A DNA stretch of 53,633 nucleotides, from NCBI GenBank assembly GCA_964012805.1, contig CAXGUD010000024.1:1-53633 (forward strand), in the 5' to 3' direction. This DNA comes from an uncultured Bacteriovoracaceae bacterium. GTDB lineage: Bacteria > Bdellovibrionota > Bacteriovoracia > Bacteriovoracales > Bacteriovoracaceae. Below, piece after piece: positions 1 through 8,830 of the stretch. Numbering within the stretch: position 1 is the stretch's first letter; the number at the start of each line of letters is the position of its first letter. Below the pieces are notes generated by a model, which was given only the letters and a program-made list of their open reading frames with translations, did not search any database and had not been told where the DNA came from. A program made the position numbers and the translations under genes.

Positions 1-13
1 TTCGGTTATATCT

Positions 14-1051
14 TTAACTTGAGACAATATTGCCCATATAGATAAATATCCTTTCAAAGCACCAATAACCAGCTAAAATACCCATGCAATGGACAGACCC
101 ATTACGAAGCCAAGAAGGTAGTTCAACCTTTAGCTTAATTAAAGCTGCCCAAAAACAAATTATAACTGCAACAAAGAGCACTTGCCCAAACTCTATTCCT
201 AAGTTGAATGAAAACAAAGTCAGTGGAATTTCAGTGGAAGGAAGACCAACCTCTTTTAGAGCTCCAGCAAATCCAAGTCCATGAATAAGGCCAAAAAAAG
301 TTGTCATACTGCCTGGGTATTTTATCATTAAGCTTTCTTTACTTTCCTTATTTCCCTTATTTCCCTTATTTTTACTGATTTCGCAAACCAGAAAAACAAG
401 AGACAAAGAAATAAAAAATTCACAAAGAAAGGATGGAAAAGCAACAACCTCAAGTGTGGCAAGTGAAAGGGTGATACTATGCCCTAAAGTAAAAAATGTT
501 AATGAAATTAAAATTTTTCTAAACCCATTCATAAGAATCATAAGTCCCAAAACAAAAAGGAGATGATCTATTCCTTCAAAAATGTGACTCATACCCAAAA
601 ATAGGTATTTTCCAAAAAAAACCATTAGAGTATCTTTTTTGGGGACAATTATTTTTTTCAAATCAGAACTTAAAACTTTTTGAATAATTGATCCATCATT
701 CAACGTTATGTGAAGAAGTACGGTGCTATTAACTTGATTCCACCCCTCAACTCCGACTTCTTGACCTACGAAACTTAGCTTTTTGCAAATAACATCGAAT
801 TTTTTAACAACGCCAGTTCCCTCATACGTAATTTTAACGGGACCATTTTTTTCACAACCATCTTGAAAAAAAGGCCTTAACTTTTCGCCCCTCTTTTTCA
901 ACTCTGGCTCTTTCCAAAAAACCTTTAGTAACCCATGTTCTTTTTCAACAATTTTAAGGAGGGAAGGCGCCAATGGATGAGATTTGGAAATAGGAGAAAT
1001 CAAAAGTCCGCTTATAAAAAAATAACTTATAAATGAAATAACTCTTTTCAT
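14..1051 (-). CDS. HupE/UreJ-family membrane protein with N-terminal exported domain
   Basis: Motifs LGMSHIFEGIDHLLF, FFTLGHSITL, FGLIHGLGFA, FSFNLGIEFGQ. Start moved from 1114 to the ATG at 1051 (signal-like MKRVISF...SKSH, just after the upstream stop). Confidence 0.85.
   Translation of the reverse strand: MKRVISFISYFFISGLLISPISKSHPLAPSLLKIVEKEHGLLKVFWKEPELKKRGEKLRPFFQDGCEKNGPVKITYEGTGVVKKFDVICKKLSFVGQEVGVEGWNQVNSTVLLHITLNDGSIIQKVLSSDLKKIIVPKKDTLMVFFGKYLFLGMSHIFEGIDHLLFVLGLMILMNGFRKILISLTFFTLGHSITLSLATLEVVAFPSFLCEFFISLSLVFLVCEISKNKGNKGNKESKESLMIKYPGSMTTFFGLIHGLGFAGALKEVGLPSTEIPLTLFSFNLGIEFGQVLFVAVIICFWAALIKLKVELPSWLRNGSVHCMGILAGYWCFERIFIYMGNIVSS
346..371. repeat. Short 9-bp tandem repeat (CCTTATTTC, about 3 copies) encoding NKG-NKG-NKE in a loop of the HupE/UreJ protein
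   Basis: Read directly from the sequence; in frame. Confidence 0.6.
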
Positions 1052-1052
1052 A

Positions 1053-1976
1053 CTAAACTTCTTCCAAAGGTAAGACGATTTCATATTTCTTAAATAATTT
1101 ATCAATTTCCTCATTTAATACCGTCTTTTTCTTTTCTTCTATAATCAAAAGCTCTATTTTATCTTTTACTCTCTCGAAATTATGAAGTTTTCCTGTCTTA
1201 ATATCTTTTAACTTTATAAGATGGTAACCAAAGTTTGAAGTTATAGGTCCAACCCAAACATTCTTTTCAGCTATGCCTTTCATATTTTCATAAAATAATT
1301 TTCCAAAACTCTTATTTATTTCAATTTTAGATAGAGAATTTTTTTTCCCTAAATGGAAAGGAGATGAGTGTGAATGGATTCGTCCTTCTTTCTTTAGAAA
1401 TTCCAAATTGTATTGAGCTTTTTTAGAACTTTTATAAAAAATTTGTTCAAACTCATATAGGGGTGGATGACTAAAATCCTTCACGTGCTTCATTTGATAA
1501 TTTTTAATTTCCTTTACACTTGGGCTTAAAATTCCTCTTTTATAAGAAAGAATATCTTTCATCCTATTAACCAAGATCCTTTTAACAACTTGATCTTTTC
1601 TATCTATACCTAAACTTAAAGCCTGCTTAAAATACTTTTCATCACTCATTTTTTCTTTAGTTGCTTCATTTTCTCTTTTTAAAAGAAATTTCATATTTCT
1701 TACTAACCAATTTCGAACTAATAAATCTGACTCATTTATTTTTAAATTAATTGCTTCTTTAAAAAGTATTTCGTTTGTAATCTCTTCTTCAATAAGTCTT
1801 TTAAACAAAACTGCATCAACCTTTGAGTCTGAAATATAAGATTTATTCTTAAGCTCTAGAAACTTCTCTTTAGAGATAAAAACTTTTTCTTTAAGTTTAT
1901 TATCTTCAAAAAGAAACTGCCTTCCAAAAAAGAAGGTGCCCCCAATAATTAAATAGAGCGACAAATATTTAAACAC
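1053..1976 (-). CDS. Membrane-anchored PpiC/parvulin-type peptidyl-prolyl isomerase-like protein
   Basis: N-terminal TM, EILFKEA...D..VR helical region, FG..F and WVGPITSNFGYHLIKL rotamase motif; GTG start with AAGGAA upstream. Confidence 0.75.
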   Translation of the reverse strand: MFKYLSLYLIIGGTFFFGRQFLFEDNKLKEKVFISKEKFLELKNKSYISDSKVDAVLFKRLIEEEITNEILFKEAINLKINESDLLVRNWLVRNMKFLLKRENEATKEKMSDEKYFKQALSLGIDRKDQVVKRILVNRMKDILSYKRGILSPSVKEIKNYQMKHVKDFSHPPLYEFEQIFYKSSKKAQYNLEFLKKEGRIHSHSSPFHLGKKNSLSKIEINKSFGKLFYENMKGIAEKNVWVGPITSNFGYHLIKLKDIKTGKLHNFERVKDKIELLIIEEKKKTVLNEEIDKLFKKYEIVLPLEEV

Positions 1977-2132
1977 CTAACATTCCTTTATTTAGATGAA
2001 AGAGGTGAGAATTGAGTTACTTTTCGATTGAAAGAAACGATAAGTAAAAAAATTAAACACATTTAAAAAAAAATGAATATTTTTACCTAGGGCACTTAGG
2101 TCAGCAGAAATTGAAACACGTTTAGTCTGTTT

Positions 2133-3131
2133 TTATATCTCATCCATAAAAAACTTATCAATCGTTATCACTTTTAACCTATTACCCTGATTAGATTCAA
2201 AGTCATATGGCCATCCCTTATCGGTAATAATGAACTGATTTCTTTTAAAAAGGGGGGAGCGTCCTTGCAAAATGGAAGAAGGACGCATTCTAAATTTCGG
2301 GCTATTTACAAATTTTCCATTTCCTTTGACAAGAGTGATGATACCCTTGGAAAAATTAGTCAATAAAATCCCTCTTTTATAAAAAGAAAAATCATCCAAA
2401 AAATGCCTTGATTTATAAAGGACAACCGACTTTCCAGGATTTCCCTCATCAGTGATTTCCACTTTTTTTAAGTTGTTAAAATCAGTTATATAGAGGCTAT
2501 TATTTTTTATTTTAAGTCCATTTGGATACCTAAGTTTTGTTTTATACCAAGCTTCACTTTTTTCAAGTTTATAAGGATTTAAAGACGAAATTTTCATCTT
2601 AAAAATTATTTTTGAAAAAGAATCAGCACTGTAAAGATTACCATCTTTGTCGACGGCCAATCCATTAGGAAAAAGGAAAGAGTCTAAAGGAGATATAATC
2701 TGGAACTTTGGTTTTTTGTTGAGTTCAGCTGCTAACAGGTAAGAAGGCGCAAATTTTCCTTTGAGGCATTTTAACAAGTGACGGTTTCTTAAACGACATC
2801 TTTTTTCTTTGATAAGTTTTTTTAAACGCGCCTTCGTTATGAAAGTACAAGTGGCGTATAAAAATTTTTTGTACTCCACGATTCCCGTAGCGTAACAACT
2901 TCCATCAAATAAGGGCCCAACTTTGACAAATTCTTGCAATGAGTTTTTTTTCACTTCAAAAATATTTCTGCCCCCCGTAATGAAGAGCCTTCCAGACTTA
3001 GAAAAATACTGATTCTCAGCATCAGCAATTTTAAAAGAAAGGTTTCTTTCCTCAATGCAGCCGACAAAAATTATAGAAAAAAGCATCAAAGCAGCGAGCT
3101 TGAATTGTTTAAAACCCATCAATTTCTCCAA
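2133..3131 (-). CDS. Lipoprotein with SMP-30/gluconolactonase-like beta-propeller
   Basis: Lipobox IIFVGC; blade motifs FPNGLAVDKDGNLYSADS and YPNGLKIKNNSLYITD. Start may be the ATG of MGFKQ. Confidence 0.6.
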   Translation of the reverse strand: MEKLMGFKQFKLAALMLFSIIFVGCIEERNLSFKIADAENQYFSKSGRLFITGGRNIFEVKKNSLQEFVKVGPLFDGSCYATGIVEYKKFLYATCTFITKARLKKLIKEKRCRLRNRHLLKCLKGKFAPSYLLAAELNKKPKFQIISPLDSFLFPNGLAVDKDGNLYSADSFSKIIFKMKISSLNPYKLEKSEAWYKTKLRYPNGLKIKNNSLYITDFNNLKKVEITDEGNPGKSVVLYKSRHFLDDFSFYKRGILLTNFSKGIITLVKGNGKFVNSPKFRMRPSSILQGRSPLFKRNQFIITDKGWPYDFESNQGNRLKVITIDKFFMDEI

Positions 3132-3210
3132 ATTTCATTGTGGATTAAAGAAAGCCGAAAAATCAATGACAATTTAAGGAGGAAGAGCATCATGTAAGAA
3201 AATGATGTTT

Positions 3211-4791
3211 TTAATTAGGTTCAACTTTAAAAACGCGCTCAAAATAATGTCCTAATTCATTAACAAGCCCATTTGTGTCTTCTTTATCTACATCAAGGCC
3301 TGCAAGAACTCTGGCCAACCTTTTTTTATACTCAACCTGCATTAACCTTTGAATTTGAATTCTTTGCGCCTGAGGAGAGCCTGCTCCATGCATGCTTTCT
3401 GTTAAATAACCCACAGCATTTCTTCCCATAGTCATATTTTCAATTAAGCGCAATATTCTAATTCTTTCCTCTGCAGAAAACGTCTCACTTCCCTTAAGGT
3501 ATTTTTTTAAAAGCCCACCAATTTCAGGATGATTTAAATCCTTTTCCGAAGGAAGCGTAGAAACAAAGCCTCCGGCCAGATCTTGTGCGAGACGTGAAAT
3601 TTCAAAAGGAAAGCGGGTTACATGATGTTTACAAACATTTGAAAGCATATCATCACAGATATAACAACCAGACTTCGTTTTATAACCTTGATAGGAAGAA
3701 GCAATACCGGTTCCATAAATCGTTTCATTAAGATGAGACATTTCGACAAGTTTATCCCGAATATGAGAAGCTTTAGGAACTCCATTCATTTCACTGACAG
3801 CTGCTGCCGCTCCGATAAGAGCATCTCCGACCCCACTCTTACAAACATAACTCCTTCTATGGTAAGTCGTAAAACGCTCCACCAATAAAGCTGCATAGTC
3901 GTACTCACCGTCCATAAAAATAAATTCATTAGGAATAAAAACATCATCAAAGAGAACCATAGCTTCACTTCCGCCATACTTAGCATTTCCTACATCAATG
4001 GTTCCCTCATCCATACTCCTTGTATCACAGGACTGTCTTCCACAAACATAAGTGATTCCTTCAGCATCTACAGGAACTGCTCCAATGACCGCATAATCGT
4101 GATCTTCCTTTTTTAGCCTCATTGTCGGCATAACAATCATCCAATGAGAGTTAACAGTTCCCGTTTGATGGGCCTTGGCACCTTTTATATAAACTCCCTC
4201 TTTTGTCCTTCTCGAAACGTGCACAAAAAGGTCTTTATCTTTTTGCTGATGAGGTGAAAGTGATCGGTCTCCTTTTACGTCTGTCATTGCTCCGCCAACA
4301 ACACCATTTAATTTATGCATCATAGTTAAGAAAGAAATAAGCCTTTTATGATAATGAGTTTTAAGGACCTCATCCATTTCATAAGTGACAGAAAAAAGAG
4401 AGTTGAAAGCATCCATTCCCACACAACGTTGAAAACAAGTTCCTGTAAGTTGTCCTAAACGCCTTTGCATTTTATTTTGTAATACGAGTTCATGAGCACT
4501 CATGGAGACATGAAGAAAACGACTCACTCTCTCTTTTGTATAAGGGGAAATAACCGTTGCAAGCTCCGGGTTGGAAACACCGAGGTCATAAGTTTCAGCT
4601 AAAGCGTTCGCTGAAGGCCTTATAATAGGGTGATCAACGGGATTTTCTACTTTATCTCCAAAAAGGTAAACATCTAACCCCCTACCCCTTAAAGAATCGA
4701 GGTACTCTTTACCATTGGTTATTTTTTTATTGTCTCTTGATGGATCAATCTTTCTTTTATGATTTGCCATAAAGTGAAGCTCCTTTTTCAC
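3211..4791 (-). CDS. abfD: 4-hydroxybutyryl-CoA dehydratase/vinylacetyl-CoA isomerase-like protein (HpaB/AbfD fold)
   Basis: TGTCFQRCVGMD and YHRRSYVCKSG carry the 3 Cys + His [4Fe-4S] ligands; also GAMTDVKGDRS, GAKAHQTG and ESMHGAGSPQAQ. Confidence 0.8.
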   Translation of the reverse strand: MKKELHFMANHKRKIDPSRDNKKITNGKEYLDSLRGRGLDVYLFGDKVENPVDHPIIRPSANALAETYDLGVSNPELATVISPYTKERVSRFLHVSMSAHELVLQNKMQRRLGQLTGTCFQRCVGMDAFNSLFSVTYEMDEVLKTHYHKRLISFLTMMHKLNGVVGGAMTDVKGDRSLSPHQQKDKDLFVHVSRRTKEGVYIKGAKAHQTGTVNSHWMIVMPTMRLKKEDHDYAVIGAVPVDAEGITYVCGRQSCDTRSMDEGTIDVGNAKYGGSEAMVLFDDVFIPNEFIFMDGEYDYAALLVERFTTYHRRSYVCKSGVGDALIGAAAAVSEMNGVPKASHIRDKLVEMSHLNETIYGTGIASSYQGYKTKSGCYICDDMLSNVCKHHVTRFPFEISRLAQDLAGGFVSTLPSEKDLNHPEIGGLLKKYLKGSETFSAEERIRILRLIENMTMGRNAVGYLTESMHGAGSPQAQRIQIQRLMQVEYKKRLARVLAGLDVDKEDTNGLVNELGHYFERVFKVEPN

Positions 4792-4892
4792 TTAAATTTC
4801 AATCAGTATATTTAAAAGTTGCAATTTTAATTTGTTTAAAGCTTCCCACATAAGCGAATCTATTTATATTAAAAAAAAATGGTTCTTAAAAA

Positions 4893-5690
4893 TTACTGAT
4901 ATTCCCTCTCTTCTATTTCATTCACCCAATCTTTGAAATGTTCTTGAAGGTTTTGCATTCCAAGTATCCATTGGTCGTAGTCTTCTGCCTTATTTTTAAT
5001 ATACTTTCTTACTTTTTCATGAGGAGTAATTAAAAACTGATCACTCAAAAGGCCTTCTACCGTTTTTTCTGCACACTCTTTAGGATTAATCATTCCATTT
5101 ACCCCGGCCACGCCAGCTCCATTTTCTGTCATTTTAGTTTTAACAGCTTGAGGACAAAGGCATGATACACCAATTCCCCTTTGACCATATGTAATGGCAA
5201 CCCATTCAGCAAAACCAACTGTAGCGTGTTTTGTAACTGTGTAAGGAGCAGCACCGATTTGACTCAAAAGACCAGCTGCAGACGATGTAAAAAGAAAATA
5301 GCCTGATTTATTTTCAAGCATGGAAGGAAGAGCATACTTAACTGAGTACGTGTGACTCATAATATTCGTGTTTATAATGTTCATCCAATTTTCGTAAGAG
5401 ACTTTCATAAAACCAGGTTGACCAAAAATTCCAGCATTAGAACAAAAAAGATCAATTCCTCCATAAACCTTGGTTGCCTCATCCACTAGAGCTTTTACCT
5501 CTTCCTCTTTAGACACATCCAATGTCACCGCAAGGCCTGAAACTTCAGAAGCAACTCGGTTAGCATTGTCTCCATCTATGTCTCCAACAATAATGGAAGC
5601 GGCTCCTTTCTTTTTGAACTCAAGGGCAAGACCCTCACCAATTCCGCCACCGGCTCCCGTAATAACGATTCGTTTTCCTTGTAAATCCAT
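4893..5690 (-). CDS. Short-chain dehydrogenase/reductase (SDR)
   Basis: TGAGGGIG, CSNAG, YTVTK catalytic motif; ATG at 5690 preceded by GGAG. Confidence 0.9.
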   Translation of the reverse strand: MDLQGKRIVITGAGGGIGEGLALEFKKKGAASIIVGDIDGDNANRVASEVSGLAVTLDVSKEEEVKALVDEATKVYGGIDLFCSNAGIFGQPGFMKVSYENWMNIINTNIMSHTYSVKYALPSMLENKSGYFLFTSSAAGLLSQIGAAPYTVTKHATVGFAEWVAITYGQRGIGVSCLCPQAVKTKMTENGAGVAGVNGMINPKECAEKTVEGLLSDQFLITPHEKVRKYIKNKAEDYDQWILGMQNLQEHFKDWVNEIEEREYQ

Positions 5691-5740
5691 AAAGGTCTCC
5701 TCTAAAATGAAAAACAAAAAAAAAGATCATTAATACTCTA

Positions 5741-6214
5741 TTGTCAGGGGCCAATTACATGTTGTCACTCTCTTTAAATGAATTACCCGATTACGAAAAT
5801 AAAGAGCTAGGCTTATCCGACTGGATAATTATTGACCAAGAGAGAATTAATGACTTTGCCAAAGCGACGGATGACTATCAATGGATCCACGTAGATGAAG
5901 AAAAAGCAAAAAAAGAATTACCAACTAAGTCGACTATAGCTCACGGTTTTTTAACCCTCTCTCTTATGACCCACCTTGGTGAGAAGATTTGGAAAGTCAA
6001 AGATGCTTCTCAAATAATTAACTATGGACTTAACAAAGTACGCTTTTTGACTACGGTACCAAGCCAATCAAGGGTTAGACTCAAAATGAAAGTTCTAAAA
6101 GTTGAAAACTTGAGGTCCAAGGGTTACAAAGTAACGGGGGAATCAACAATGGAGGTCGAGGATCAAGACAAGCCAGCTTTCATTGCTGAGTTTATAGCGC
6201 TTTTTTACTTCTAA
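5741..6214 (+). CDS. MaoC-family (R)-specific enoyl-CoA hydratase/dehydratase
   Basis: FAKATDDYQWIHVD...TIAHGFLTLSL and NYGLNKVRF motifs. Alternative ATG at 5759. Confidence 0.9.
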   Translation: MSGANYMLSLSLNELPDYENKELGLSDWIIIDQERINDFAKATDDYQWIHVDEEKAKKELPTKSTIAHGFLTLSLMTHLGEKIWKVKDASQIINYGLNKVRFLTTVPSQSRVRLKMKVLKVENLRSKGYKVTGESTMEVEDQDKPAFIAEFIALFYF

Positions 6215-6419
6215 GCCCTTAAAACTGAAAGCATGACCAATTAAAAAAGGCAAGTTAAAGCGGTTTCCCATGTCATAAATTTAGCCTTAATTTTTTGTTA
6301 TTTAAATGCCTGGGCCGTAAGTTCTTGAAAGAAGAATAAAACTCATAGAACACCTTTTGACAGAAAAATGGAATGGCCTCAAACTTAAAGATGGGCAATA
6401 AATTAGCGGAAAAAAGGCT

Positions 6420-7430
6420 TTGAAACAGACTCGATTAGTAATGGATTCATTAGTATCTTTAATGGAAAAAGGACCCTCTCTTAAAGAGTGGATTGGCCAC
6501 TCAATTATTGAACGTTTTTATCAAAATTTGGCCAATAAACTTGGAGCAACTACTCACTACTACAAAGGAAGTGAATGGTGGATGGATGAATACACAATCC
6601 CCTACTTAAAAATTGATCGGGATCATAGTGAAACGCTTCTCTACCTCCACGGCTTTAGCGACAGAAAAGAAAGCTTCCTTTTAACCGCCAGGTATTTAGC
6701 AAAAACATTTAATATCATCATCCCGGATGGACCAGGTTTCGGCAAAACCATAAAAAATCATTCCCTCCCCTATCAAATAGAGCATTATGCTCGTTGGTTT
6801 GAGCGCTTTATAAAGGAGGTTGCCGAGCCTCCTTTGTGGATTGTTGGTAATTCAGCAGGCGGGGCCATAGCTAGTAAACTCGCCTTTCTCTACCCAGACC
6901 TAGTTAAATTATGCATTCCTGTTTCGCCGGCCCTTTACTACAACCCCGGAAACAACCCCTTTTTTGAAGAATTTGCCAATGGAAAATTCCTTTTTTTTGT
7001 CAGTGATCAAAAAGATTACGATTATTATCTCACAAGAATTTTTCATAAAGAAATTAAACCCATCCGCTTTATAACAGATGCGATACTGGCCGAGTTTATA
7101 AGAAACAGATTTTGGTATAAACATATGATTGAAACAAACCTTAAAGGTTTCCACTCCGATTTATTAGAACTTGAAAAAACGGGCTTCTTCTTAAATAAAG
7201 AACTTGAAAAAACAAATGTACCCTTTCATTTTCTGTGGGGTGAATTTGATACTTTATTTCCCTCAGAAACACCAAAATATTTACAAACTATAAACCCAGC
7301 TATCAAATACGACCTTGTCAAAAACTGTGGCCACGCACCGCATGTTGAAAAGCCACTCAAATTAGCAAAAATGATCCTTTCTATTTATAAGGAAAATAGA
7401 CACTTAAGAACCCGTTGGAATCTGTGGTAG
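6420..7430 (+). CDS. Alpha/beta-hydrolase (lipase/esterase)
   Basis: LHGF, PDGPGFG, nucleophile elbow GNSAGG, WGEFD and CGHAPHVE. Confidence 0.85.
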   Translation: MKQTRLVMDSLVSLMEKGPSLKEWIGHSIIERFYQNLANKLGATTHYYKGSEWWMDEYTIPYLKIDRDHSETLLYLHGFSDRKESFLLTARYLAKTFNIIIPDGPGFGKTIKNHSLPYQIEHYARWFERFIKEVAEPPLWIVGNSAGGAIASKLAFLYPDLVKLCIPVSPALYYNPGNNPFFEEFANGKFLFFVSDQKDYDYYLTRIFHKEIKPIRFITDAILAEFIRNRFWYKHMIETNLKGFHSDLLELEKTGFFLNKELEKTNVPFHFLWGEFDTLFPSETPKYLQTINPAIKYDLVKNCGHAPHVEKPLKLAKMILSIYKENRHLRTRWNLW

Positions 7431-7473
7431 CTTTAGATGAGCTCTTTATTTTAGTTTGTGGAGTGAATTACAT

Positions 7474-8814
7474 ATGAGTACAAATAATGATGTCTTGGCG
7501 GAGTCACTTGCTCTTCCTTGCGGCGCTGTTATTCCCAACAGGTTATGTAAAGCGGCAATGACAGAGGGTATTGCCGATGAATACAACCGTGCAACTGACG
7601 AACACTTGAAGCTTTACAAGGCCTGGAGTGAAGGAGGTGCAGGCCTTCTCATTTCAGGAAATGTTCAGGTAGACCGGCGCTATTTGGAAAGGCCTGGAAA
7701 TATCGCTATTGATGGGAATCAAGATGAAGAGCAATTAAAACGATTAAAAGATTTAGCCAAAGGTGGAACAACAAATGGCAACCACTTTTGGGTCCAGCTA
7801 AGTCATGCTGGAAGACAAACAGACCCTAGAGTTAATAAGTATGGTGTTGGGCCATCGGCAATAAAAAGCAAAAATATTGCTGGACAAAAAGTTTCTCCAT
7901 CCTTTACTCCAAGACCCCTTGAATTAAATGAAATACCTACTATTGTTCAAAAGTTCGCCGACGCTGCAAAAGTTTTAAAAGAAACTGGTTTTACTGGAGT
8001 TCAAATACATAGCGCGCACGGTTACCTCCTCTCTTCTTTTTTAAACCCAAACGCAAATAAAAGAGAAGATGATTACGGTGGGAGTATTCAAAACAGGGCC
8101 TCCTTTTTAATTCAAACAATAAGGGCGGTAAGAAAAGCTGTTGGGAAGGATTACCCTGTTTCCATTAAGATTAATGTTACAGATTGCATAAAGGGGGGCC
8201 TCCCAGCAGAAGAGGCGACTGAGCTTGGTCTTCTTTTAGACCAAGAAGGGTTAGACCTCATTGAAATGAGTGGTGGCAATTATGAAAGTGTCGCTATTTT
8301 AGATGGCCTATCCCAAACCCAAACTGAAAAGATAAAAGAAGCTTATTTTTTAGAAACGTCAAAAAATTTAAGAAAAAAAATAAATAAAACACCGCTTATG
8401 TTAACTGGTGGCCTTCGAAGCCGGAGTGTGATGGAAAAGATCATCAACTCAGAAAGTATCGATATGATTGGGATTGGACGTCCTTTATGTGGTCTACCAG
8501 AAGGGCCTAAATTTCTGCTTGAAAAAAGAATCTCCTCTCTCCCTCGCTATGAAGACAAAATTGACTTTCCTCTCTTTTTAAAGTGGATTAAAATTTTTTC
8601 AATAGGTAAAGTTTTATCAAGAGGTACCACTCTTTTCTGGTGCTATTACAATGAAATCCTCCTTTCAAAAGGAGAAAAGAGCGATGAAGAAGGAACAAAA
8701 GTTAAGGGCCTAAAAGCCTATCGCTTTATTGACAAATACGACAGAAATAAAGCGTCGGCCCTGAAAGGTTTATCAGAATGCGAAGGTCTTATTTTAAATA
8801 AAAAGAAAAAATAA
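7474..8814 (+). CDS. NADH:flavin oxidoreductase (Old Yellow Enzyme family)
   Basis: NRLCKAAMTE, QLSHAGRQ, HSAHGYLLSSFLNP, DDYGGSIQNR; ATG at 7474 with GGAG upstream. Confidence 0.9.
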   Translation: MSTNNDVLAESLALPCGAVIPNRLCKAAMTEGIADEYNRATDEHLKLYKAWSEGGAGLLISGNVQVDRRYLERPGNIAIDGNQDEEQLKRLKDLAKGGTTNGNHFWVQLSHAGRQTDPRVNKYGVGPSAIKSKNIAGQKVSPSFTPRPLELNEIPTIVQKFADAAKVLKETGFTGVQIHSAHGYLLSSFLNPNANKREDDYGGSIQNRASFLIQTIRAVRKAVGKDYPVSIKINVTDCIKGGLPAEEATELGLLLDQEGLDLIEMSGGNYESVAILDGLSQTQTEKIKEAYFLETSKNLRKKINKTPLMLTGGLRSRSVMEKIINSESIDMIGIGRPLCGLPEGPKFLLEKRISSLPRYEDKIDFPLFLKWIKIFSIGKVLSRGTTLFWCYYNEILLSKGEKSDEEGTKVKGLKAYRFIDKYDRNKASALKGLSECEGLILNKKKK

Positions 8815-8830
8815 AAAAGGGGAAACCGCT

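Noticed and set aside
6393..6408. GG-N10-GC (GGCAATAAATTAGC) as a sigma54 promoter for the lipase gene
   Set aside because: Poor match to TGGCAC-N5-TTGC beyond the two dinucleotides.
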